Assembly: GCF_018350175.1 (NCBI RefSeq) | Contig: NC_058368.1 | Span: 230,146,001 to 230,210,000 of the forward strand | Length of the DNA stretch: 64,000 nt | Reading direction: 5' to 3' | Source: Felis catus | Lineage: Eukaryota | Shown here: one piece after another, positions 53,960 to 64,000 of the stretch | Layout: each line of letters starts with the position of its first letter | How positions within the stretch are numbered: position 1 is the stretch's first letter | Translations under genes and position numbers: made by a program | Notes under the pieces: model-generated | Databases searched by the model: none | What the model saw: only the letters and a program-made list of their open reading frames with translations | What the model was told of the DNA's origin: nothing

Positions 53960-54330
53960 CTTATTTATTCATGTTTATCCACTCAACAGATACTTATTTG
54001 GTGACACTTTTGTTCCACACACTTCTAGAGGCATGAGATTCAGCAGTAAACAAGACAAGCAAAGGGAATCATAAAGAATAATAAAGCAGAACAAGGGTGA
54101 AAACAGTAAAGGGATAGATGGTATTTTATATATAAAATAGCCAGTTAAGGTAAAATGATATTTGAACAGAGCTCTCAGGAAGAAGAGAGGGAACGAGCTG
54201 TGTCTGAGGGAAAAGTAGTAGCAAGTGCAAAGGTCCTGAGGCACTTGAAGGAGAGTACCTGCTGGGATGTCCAGAAGGAGGGGGCAGGTCCAGGAATAGG
54301 TGGAAACATGCAGAGGGGCCACCTCTGGGG
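53960..54330 (-). mobile_element. L2 3' end
   Basis: ttattcatgtttatccactcaacagatacttattt...caagtgcaaaggtcctgaggca. Confidence 0.75.
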
Positions 54331-55674
54331 GTAACACCGTAATCAACTAATGGGGAAAAAAAGCAAGTGGGAAGCAAGTGGGGAAAAAAAAGAAAGTGTA
54401 TGTTTGGGATTATTATACACAAACACGCTTCTCAGTACTAAAATATGAGTGAAATCTCACGTGTCAACATTTAGGTTTTCCAATGTATATCAAATCAGAA
54501 ACAGGTTGGACAGTTATTAAAGAAACAGATGATAAGTATTAGCCATAATTCAAAGCTTTATTCTCTGCATATTTTCCACTGAATTTCTTCATTAGGTAGT
54601 CTATTTTCTATTTCTGCTTGGGTGATTGTTTCCTGGGGTCGCCCTGTGCTGTGGAGGTGGGAAAACTTTAGCACACGGTGTGTGAGGAATGCCATGGTCC
54701 CACCTATGTTGGAGGCTTCCTCTGACTGCATTTATATAATGGACTGTTGGAGGCAGAATGTACCAGGAGCGAGATCATTAAATCTGTTGTCAAGGGGGCC
54801 CAAGAGCTCTGTCCATTCCAGTTGGGTGATCTTGTCAGAATGATGGGTAAACATTGTTTGAGAACAGTTCTGCTTCATCAGAATTCTAAGCATGAATTCT
54901 GCAGTATGAGAATAGCCACCTTGTCAGATTGCTTGGGGTGTAGACCACTGGACCTTTTATCAGTACACAGACCGCAAGGTCTGTGCGAGGCAAGGAAAGA
55001 ATGCAGGTTCTGAATTCGTTTGCAGGTACTTGCAACATGATACTGGCCTGAATGTAGATGTAAAATCATAAAACATTGAACAGAGGCTGCAGCATTGGCT
55101 AAATGCACTCTGGCAAATGTACACATAATGTCCTCCAGGTAGGTTAGAAATTATGGTCGCAAGGTTTTATTCGCATTCGTTTTGAAGTTTTAAATGAGCT
55201 CTCTTTTACCATCTTCCTGCAAATTTGGGGATTTGTGATATGTGGAGAAGAGGCGCTTTTTGTGGAGGAATAAAAGAACTATCTGGAAACATTTTCCTTT
55301 CCGAGAGCAAACGCAGTTAGCTGTATATGCTGACAAAGCACATGAAAGGCGGGCAGTATTAAATCTATCACCTTATTCGTTGTTGCTCTTTTAAGAAGTG
55401 CAAAAAGGAAGAGTATCTTTATCTTTAATATATTGTGGTGGGTAAGAGGAGCCCCTGCTGTTCCACTGACTGCTGCCAAGTAGAACTTCCCATGGTGCGG
55501 TTTCAGTGCTTAAGGCGCTGTTTATCTTTCTACATGAAGTGGAAAACGTAAGACTGACACACTGTTGATGGCGATAAGATGCAAATGACAATCTAGGACT
55601 CTGCTTGAGACAGAATTCTTTGTCTCGCCAGCAGCATTGTTTCACTAAATATTAGTTTAAACTTGGTAACTCCA

Positions 55675-55897
55675 GGGCACCTGGGGGGCTCGGTCGGTTG
55701 AGCATCCGACTTCAGCCCAGGTCATGATCTCGCGGTCCGTGAGTTCGAGCCCCGCGTCGGGCTCTGTGCTGACAGCTCAGAGCCTGGAGCCTGTTTCGGG
55801 TTCTGTGTCTCCCTCTCTCTCTGACCCTCCCCTGTTCATGCTCTGTCTCTCTCTGTCTCAAAAATAAACAGAAAATTTAAAAAAATAATAAAAAAAT
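55675..55897 (+). mobile_element. Young felid CAN-SINE
   Basis: TSD aaacttggtaactcc / aaactcggtaactcc. Confidence 0.96.
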
Positions 55898-57039
55898 AAA
55901 CTCGGTAACTCCGTCAGCTGTGTGGTAAAACAGAAATAACAGCAACGGAACTTGTAATAGCCACGTGGTCTGTGCCCAGCCCTCTGCTGAGCACGTTCTA
56001 TGTACTTTCATTGACTATTCCCCTTGTTTGTTTCCTCCTTACAACACACCTTTGAGCCAGACTAGCACCATAATCTGTACTTTATAGAGGAATACAGTGA
56101 GGTGGGGCAGTTAGGGGGCTTCATCGGCTGGCCATTCGGGTGGAGAGCTGGTTTTAGGGATCAGGACACCCAGGGTTTTTCCATTACACACGTGAATCGC
56201 TCGATCCAAATGATCTCTCTGAAGATCTGAAGTGTCTAGAATTGTGCACTCTGGTAAATGTTTCTACATGGTCTTATATCGCACCCTTTACTTTATCTTG
56301 TCCACGGTGACGATCTCAAGTCTGATCGCAGAGATTTGGGCGAAGATAAGACAAAAATAAGATCAATAAAAGTTAGGAAGAGGAGAATCAGCGGGAAACA
56401 GTTGAACCCCCTGCTTTACAGCAGGACTTCTAAGAAATTTCCGTATGTTAATGTGCTTTATGGATCTGCAAGAGGAACGTAGAAACTATGCTGTTTTCCA
56501 AACGCACGTGGCCACGTCAGGGAGCGCACATTACTGTCCTGTGGTGCACTGTTTTTCTCCTGGTCCCTGTCAGAGAAACTAATGAACTAGAGAGGAAGGA
56601 TGTGCTCTCTCTCTGGTTCCCCTCCCCAGTCTGTTCACCTGTTTCTGCTTAGAGACTGAAGTTTTCATTTAGGGGATTTCACATTCACAGATCTGCCTGG
56701 GAATCCCACAGCCAGGAGGCTCGTGTGGAAACGCACTTTAGGACAACTCCTCCTTGCTAATATTTTCTGGGATCACAGTGTCCCCAGTTTTCCTATGGAA
56801 GTCAGAGTCCAACAGCTGTTTGGGACTTTGCTCCCATCCCCGTGTGTGAAAACTCCATCTACACTTCTCTCCACGCATCCACGTTAGGTTATGGAACAGC
56901 TTGCACAGGAGCTACCGGAAAGGTTTCCACACAGACGCCCCACCATTCTCTCAGAAGTCCACAGTCACATTCTTGAGCTTGGAAGTAAGCAAATTCTCAG
57001 GGATGTCCTCGAGTTATTCACATCAGTGAAGCCTGGAGA

Positions 57040-57275
57040 GAATAAAGGTCAAAACTGGCAGGACTTAATAAGATGCTCTTTATTAAGCCCTAAGTTAATG
57101 TCAGACTGTTTGGCTTTTTACATGCATTAACTCATTTAATCTGAATAGCTCTTTTAGGACCATACTCTTCCTATGATATGAAAACTTGCCCCGCTAGTAA
57201 ATTACAGGACTGGAACTGGGCTGTAGTCCAGGGTCCAGATTCTAGAGCCCATGCAAGTAACACTGTAATGTTTTG
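57040..57275 (-). mobile_element. MIR fragment
   Basis: tttattaagccctaagttaatgtcagactgtt...catgcattaactcatttaatct...aacttgccc...tctagagcccatgc. Confidence 0.6.
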
Positions 57276-59501
57276 TCTCTCGTCAGTTAATATGATGGTT
57301 AAGTTTCTAAGGGAGTTGGGAACCTAAAGGGTCACAATCAGAGAGATAACAGTGGACTCCAGGAGGCAGCCAAAAAGGAATGGAAGCAGACGTCCCAGCA
57401 GTGAAGACAGGCAAGGAGCCATATTTTTGGGTCTTGGAATCATTCAGTGTGATGACAAGAATCTGGTAAAGATGCTGTGAAACAGCATCCTGTGCCCTAA
57501 TAGAAAGGCAGTCAGAAGTGCCTGCAGTTTGGGAATGATCAATCATCACCCTTGGGAGGTACACATACCGGACCTCTTCTTCATCAACGAGGAGTCAATG
57601 AGCCTTCCATTTCTTAAGACAACGAAGGAATAATGCCAACTTGTGGAGTCAACAGTCCTAGCACCACCACTATCTCTGTGACCTTTAACAAATGCTGTCA
57701 CCTCTTTCGATCTTGAAAACGTGGATTATCCTACAGAGGGTGTCATATGAATTAATGCGGTGACATGTCAATTGTCATGCAAATATAATGTGGTGAATTA
57801 ATATTGTTTCTCCATTGTGCAGCTGATATATATAGCCATTCTGCTTCTAGAAAATTTTAAGTTTTGAGATCATCTGTACAAAATTGTTCCTAGACCTTGA
57901 ACTCTGGATAATATTTTTGGAAAAGATAAATTGCAATAACATTTTTAAATAACAGAACGTATTTGGGGCTGCCTTCCCAGGTCTTGGGGCTGAAATGTAG
58001 AAGCGTGTACAGCTAAGTGCGTGAGAAGCATTTCTCAGGGCCCACATGTGATACAGCTCTCTGCTCTGTCACAGCACCTGTGTCTAGCCGCTGATGTGAG
58101 ACTACCATCAGTGCAGAGCTTCCTGTTGCTATGAATAGAATACTCATAACAGCTGGAGGGGTTCGCTAAAAGGAGTCTCTGTTATCCCCTCGCCGCCACA
58201 CCCTATTTTGCACAGCAAGCGTACTGGGCAAGTATACTTTTACATATGGGTAAAACCAGCGCGGTCTCCTTGATGCAGAAAGGAAAAAACCAAATACAAT
58301 CCTTCCCTTGGGGCACATCAAGAAGTTTCAGAACCCATTACAATCTATTGCCCAGATGATTGAATTAGCTTCTAGATGAGTGATGCTAATAAGTGTGCAT
58401 TTGCCCAAGTGGGTAAAGACTGAAATGTGATTTGCAATCTTGTAGATGCTGTGCTGGGCCAAGACGAATTCGTAAGAGTAGCTTAAAAGTTCCATTGTCT
58501 TTAAGTGTGTTAATTAAAGTATGATTCATTCTCTTGGAATATGAAAGATTCCGTAATAATAAATAAATAAATAAATAAATAATCAATCTTCTCATTGCCA
58601 GTGGGGAAGATTTATGCAGAGAGTGTAAGTAATCTTGTATTGTTCTCAGAGGTGCCTGAAGGAGCAGTGTTGGCTTACAGGAAGAGCAAAATCTTAGCTT
58701 CCTATTATATGTGATCACTTTAATTCTGAGCAGAACAAACCTTCCTTGATAAGCATTAGTTGCCATTAGTTCAAGTAAAAAAAGTCATCCTTTTTCATGC
58801 CCTTATTTTCTCTCCTGCTAGAAAGGCGCGATCCCTTCTTGAATGACAAAATGATTGATTTTAAACCAACACATCAAAAACTGAAAGGCAAAAGGGAGGA
58901 AGGGGGAGGGAACGAGTCCCACAGAACTTTCTAAGCTGCCTCAGAAAAGAGACTTTAAAGGTCACCACCCCCTGCCATTTAATTTGAAATTGCCAGCCAA
59001 TGCTTGGAAATCTAAATCAAGATCAAGCTCATCGTGAGAGGTAGTGGTGTGCCGGCTCTGGGTGAGGCATTGCACTGTGCCTCACACAAATATGCGGGGT
59101 TCAGGTAAACTGTTTCCACTAACAACGGGAGGACCGTGATTATGACGTGTGTACCCCACGATAAGGTGAACTAGAAAAAACTAGAATGGGGTCCAGAAAA
59201 CTGTTATTATCACTCTATCTGGCAAAACAAATAAGGTTCTTTGCATGATTCTTCACCCTGGAAGCAAACAGAAAATAATACTGATTTTATCTTCCTTCTC
59301 TTCTTCCTCTCAGTAGCAGCATTTAAAATCCACTTCAATTCCATATTTTAGTCCCATACTTGGCCCTTTTTGCTACCAGTGTTTGAGTAGTTCCTATCCA
59401 CCCCGTTTAGCTTAGACCCAGAACAAGTTCAGCAGTTCCGACTTCGGTGCCGTGATGCAAAATGGGAGGTAAATGATGTGCCAGCATTCAGTTTCCTAAT
59501 G

Positions 59502-59953
59502 CAGCTGGTGCCCAACTTACGATGGTTCAACTTAGAATTTTTTTGACAAAGCAATGCACATTCAAACTTTTATTTTGGATCTTTCCTTGGGTCCATGCTC
59601 TGTGGTCTGGTCCTGTCTCTGGCTGCTGGGTAGCAACAGCCCCCAGTCAGCCCCGTGATCACAGGATCCACAACCCAGACACTGACCACCTTCTGTCTCC
59701 ACACAACCGTCCTGGTTTTTCACTTTCAATAGTTGACATGAAAGAGTCAACACTTCATTATAGAACGGGCTTCCAGTTCGATGATTTGGCCCACCTGTAG
59801 ACTAATGTAAGTGTTCTGAGGACGCTTGAGGTGGGACAGGCTAAGCTATGGTGTGCAGTAGGTTAAGTGTATTAAAATGCATCTTCCACTTCTATTTTCA
59901 ACTTGTGATGGGTTTATCAGGATGTAACCCCATTGCAAATTGAGTTAGATCTG
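59502..59953 (-). mobile_element. Tigger4 (MER46/Zombi)-like TcMar DNA transposon
   Basis: Degenerate TIRs cagctggtgcccaacttacgatgg ... ccattgcaaattgagttagatctg|ta. Internal ctaatgtaagtgttctgag...ggctaagctatg...taggttaagtgtattaaaatgcat. Confidence 0.8.
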
Positions 59954-61176
59954 TATTCAGAAAATTTCCATTTGTAAGAAAGAATTCGAAAGAGTACCCC
60001 TCTCAAAAAAATAAATAAATAAACTTTCTGTTCTAAATATTCTGTTAACTTGTGTCTTAAGAATGCATAACATGGAGAAATCAGAAGATTTTTGTAAACC
60101 AAGATCTGATTTGAACATAGAGAAAATTAACTTGGGGCATCTGAAAGCAAAACGAATATTATGCTAATCATATTTTATAAGTAAAACCCTAAGGCCATCT
60201 AAAAAGTGTTACAGAGAATATGGGACAACCTATATGGAGAAGAACCAAGTAAATAATTTGCTACTAAATAGTTACTTTGGCCTGTGGCTCCTTTTCTGCG
60301 TGTTAAAGCCTATAAAGTGTTCATGTTGGTAGGGTAAATTTTTGTTTATAGCAGTGCTCCAGAAGCGAATGAGCCTTGATTCTCCATAAAACAATCTTTT
60401 TCTGTTTATTAAAGGAAGTTATGTGTCATCCTATAGAAAATGATTTTCAAGCAGAGTAACATAAATCTAACAGAAACCAATACAGTGGTCTTCAGAAGGA
60501 AGGGTAGAAATATGCACGGAAGAATATAAAAGAGAATCATGTTATATCTTTACCTAATGAAAAGCAAAAGTCTTAACTTACATCAGTGTAATTTTGAATT
60601 TGTTTTTAATGAGGTGTTGTTCCTTTTTGAGGGGAGGAGTAAGTATACCGTGGCTGGTAACACTGGGTTATATGTTCTTTCAGTGCTATAATCCAGCCAG
60701 AAGAGAGCCTTGCCCAGATGGAAAACTCATCTACTTGTCAGAAATAAGTCTTGTGCTCCGATATTCTGAGCCTCCTCTCTTTGGTTCATAATCCATATAG
60801 TTGACAATAAGCAAGGACAAATCGGCCAGAGATGAGAGCATCGCAGAACAATGGGAAAGAATCTGCAGTCAGGTCTCCGTAAACTAGAAAGGACGCTGTT
60901 TCACCTTCTGCCAGTGTCCTTTCTGCTGAGAGAGCTCAAATGTTTTGCAAAACAATCAGGGCCTGCGTGTAGTGCTGTGGATGCTGGTATCAGTCTTGAT
61001 GAGACAATTTTTAGTGTTAGGAATCAGCCTCTGATACCCACTGTCACAGACACCAGGGTTATGATGGTGTCAGAGACGTGTTGGTAGAGCAGTTATGTCT
61101 GTTGTGAGTAAGAAGTGGCATTTTAGGGAAAGGCACAGTGTGGAGGGCACACGTTTTGACCTCCCTGGCCTTTGGG

Positions 61177-61413
61177 TTTTTTTTTTTTTTTTAATTTTTT
61201 TTTAATGTTTATTTATTTTTGGAGAGAGACAGAGCGTGAGTGGGGGAAGGGACAGAAAGAGAGAAAGAGACAGAGACAGACAGAATCCAGAGCAAACTTC
61301 AGGCTCTGAGTTGTCAACACGGAGCCCAACGCGGGGCTCGAACCCGCAAACCGTGAGATCATGACTCGAGCCAAAGTCTGACGCTTAACCGACTGAGCCA
61401 CCCAGGTGCCCCC
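61177..61413 (-). mobile_element. CAN-SINE
   Basis: Poly-T, AG tract, ends gactgagccacccaggtgcccc. Confidence 0.95.
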
Positions 61414-61590
61414 GGATTCTCGTTTTTTCTACAGCTTCCTTTGTTACTTTCCAGCTCTCTGGTCTTCGGCAAGTCTTTTCAGTTCCCTAACCTGTGAAAT
61501 GAAGATGATGTCACTTGCTTTTCAGGGTAGTTGACAGAGTCCCAGTTGCATATGTAAAAGCACCTGAAACAGGCAGGGGACTCATCACTG
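61410..61590 (+). mobile_element. MIR fragment
   Basis: ggcaagtc...cagttccctaacctgtgaaatgaagatgat...atgtaaaagcacctgaaacag. Confidence 0.6.
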
Positions 61591-63532
61591 GTGGCTGTTG
61601 ATGAGTAGGGTAGGCTCATGCAGATTTTTCTCCAGGAATTTTTCTTCAACCCAAGTTGATCAGTGTAATATACATATATTATGATGGAGTTCAAACACGT
61701 GCAACTCAAACAAATATATGCGCATAGTCTGTGTGTTTCAAAGGACAAGATTCTTCAAATTTTCATTTAAATGAGCTATTTCAAAACAAGTTTGGGTTTC
61801 TTGTCTGAGCTTTTTTCCTCCTTCTTGAAACCAACTGATATTGGATGTGTTACTGGATACAGGTCAACGTGATTGTTGGTGTAACAGGCTACAGAGAATG
61901 AAAAGATAGAATGAGTAGAACTTTGAAGAATCTCATGTCACTAAGCATCTAGATACATGATGCTTTAAAAAAAAAAGATATTGTTAGATCATGGTATTCA
62001 TTGCTAAAACCCAAAACAAAGCCTTGAAGTTTCCATAGAGTTGAGCTGTAGAAAGTGAATTTCCTGGAGGAAGGAGCCACTTTACAATTTTCCAGCTTCT
62101 CCCTAAACAGCAGCGTCTCCAGTCACATATATATATGGGGGTGGGGGGTGGATTCTGGAGTAAAATTGTTAAAATTATATGACCCGAAATAATTACATTT
62201 CTGAAAAACTTGAGACTTCCTGGCCCTTTGTAAAGGTTAAGTCATGTTAGTTTTTTGTTTAGGGGATTTTTTTTTAAGTTTGGGGTATATTTTTCTATAG
62301 CAACTCAATTTCCCTTTGTAGAGCATGAAATGCCTTTCTATTTACCAATACCTTCCCTTCATTAATTCAGAGACTTGCAATAAAACTGTATCAGCCATAA
62401 TAGTTGAAAGACCGGCAAATATTGAATTCCATTTGCTCTTTTTTATTGATGTTCTACAGCCTGGCCTTTCATCCTGTCTATGCCAGCTCTGGGTGCTTAG
62501 CCCGGAGGCACACAGTAGTTCTTATCCACGCAAACATATAACATCACTAAAATAAGCTCATCCATTATTTTTAAAGTTTCCTCCTGAAGCATGCTTAGCT
62601 TTAGAATTTACAATTATGCCTGAAATTATCCTTGTAATCGCCATGGAAAGTATCACTATTGGGACAAACAAGAGAGGAAAGCAATCTTTGGCATGCTATG
62701 GTTGCTTGTTGTATTTAGTTGAGTGTAGATAACTAAAGGAAAATGCTGAATGGAAGGAGATGCCATTACACTTACTTTTTTTTTTAATGAAAGAGTGTGT
62801 GATTCACATGTATTATTTAATCTGAATAAGTCTTAATTGATTTTCTGTTTCAAATTTAAAATAAGCATATTATGGGATTTAGGCAAACAGATTGCTAATG
62901 TGAGAAGTATATAAAAATGAGTTAAAAATGTCTTCCATAAAAAATGATTACCATTAGACGTTAGTATTTTAGTCTGATCCTACAGTAAGATTACCACCCC
63001 TAAGATAATTGTGGTGTGAATTTTTCATAGAATCCAAGGTTTGCATCTGTGTTTGGCAATGTACAGTTCGGGGAGAAGGATTACACTCTACTTGGCATGT
63101 TTCTAAAGCCCTTGAGTCTAGCTATGGTTCTACAGCAAAGTAGGGTGATGTTGAGGAAATACAATGCCGCTAGCCTTCAATTCTTATATTAAATGTGGCT
63201 TTTGTATTAGCTGAGCTACAAAGCCTTTTTTTAAATCAGGTTAAAAGCTTATATAATTTAAAGCTATGATTATTATACTTAAGGTATACTTCTAATCCAG
63301 AAATGGATAGGTATCATATGCATAAACATAATATGTATCGTACAAGAGACTCTGGTTCTAAAGTTAATAGTTAATATTTTTCTCCCTTTTTTTTTTCCAG
63401 TTTCTATAAATCCCAGAATTTTTGCGATAACAAAGTACTCCTTGTATTAAAGACTACTCTTATATTTCCTTCTTAGGTCTACCATGTATGATAACTTGTG
63501 GCAATGAGAATAGTCTATTAAGAGATGTTAGA

Positions 63533-63990
63533 GGGGTCCCTGGGTGGCTCAGTTGGTTGCACATCAACTTTGGCTCAAGGTCATGATCTCATGGTTTGTG
63601 AGTTTGAGCCCTGCATCAGGCTCTCTGCTGTCAGGGGGTAGCCTGCTTTGGATACTCTGTTCCCCTCCCTCTCTGCACCTCCCCCCCCCACTCTCTTTCT
63701 CTAAAAAATAAATAACCATTTCATTTTATTTTTATAATGTTTACTTATATTAGAGAGAGAGAGAGAGAGAGTGAACGAGAGAGTGAACAGGGTGGTGGGA
63801 GGAAGGGGCAGAGAGAGAGGGAGACACAGAATCCGAAGCAGGCTCCAGGCTCTGAGCTGTCAGCACAGAGCCCGATGTGGGGCTCCCAACTCATGAACTG
63901 CGAGATCATGACCTGAGCTGAAGTCAGAGGCTTGACCGATTAAGCCACCCCGGCGTCCCTAAGAATGAAATGCACATTTTAAAAAAGAAG
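63533..63990 (+). mobile_element. CAN-SINE whose tail is interrupted by a second SINE
   Basis: Body 63533-63715. Tail resumes acattttaaaaaag at 63974. TSD agagatgtta at 63521-63530 and 63991-64000. Confidence 0.85.
63721..63959 (-). mobile_element. CAN-SINE nested in inverted orientation
   Basis: T-rich tail, AG tract, ends ...taagccaccccggcgtccc. Confidence 0.95.
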
Positions 63991-64000
63991 AGAGATGTTA

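Noticed and set aside
1..64000. CRISPR arrays, operons, numts, intact ERV or transposase ORFs
   Set aside because: This is mammalian nuclear DNA. I saw no regularly spaced repeats, mitochondrial-like segments or long intact ORFs.

Overview
Mammalian genomic DNA, almost certainly a felid (cat family), judged from about 16 tRNA-derived CAN-SINE copies, several of the feliform SINEC_Fc type. The window is AT-rich and repeat-dense, and looks intergenic or deep-intronic. It holds a 5'-truncated carnivore L1 (~4.7-7.6 kb), older L1M fragments, L2 and MIR relics, MLT1 (ERVL-MaLR) solo LTRs, a Tigger4-like DNA transposon and microsatellites. I cannot recognise any protein-coding gene, and the ORF track is mostly repeat-derived or chance ORFs. 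The most notable non-repeat signal is a pair of diverged 60-nt segments 1208 bp apart (46792-46851 and 48000-48059). Their differences are biased to synonymous positions and one copy has a canonical AG/GTGAGT frame, as expected of duplicated exons. Other observations: a convergent pair of CTCF-like motifs (one inside an old L1), CpG-retaining motif clusters, a SINE with an extra 3' tail inside its TSD, and a nested inverted SINE with inverted flanks. Repeat subfamily names are recalled from consensus sequences and boundaries are approximate; no search was run.
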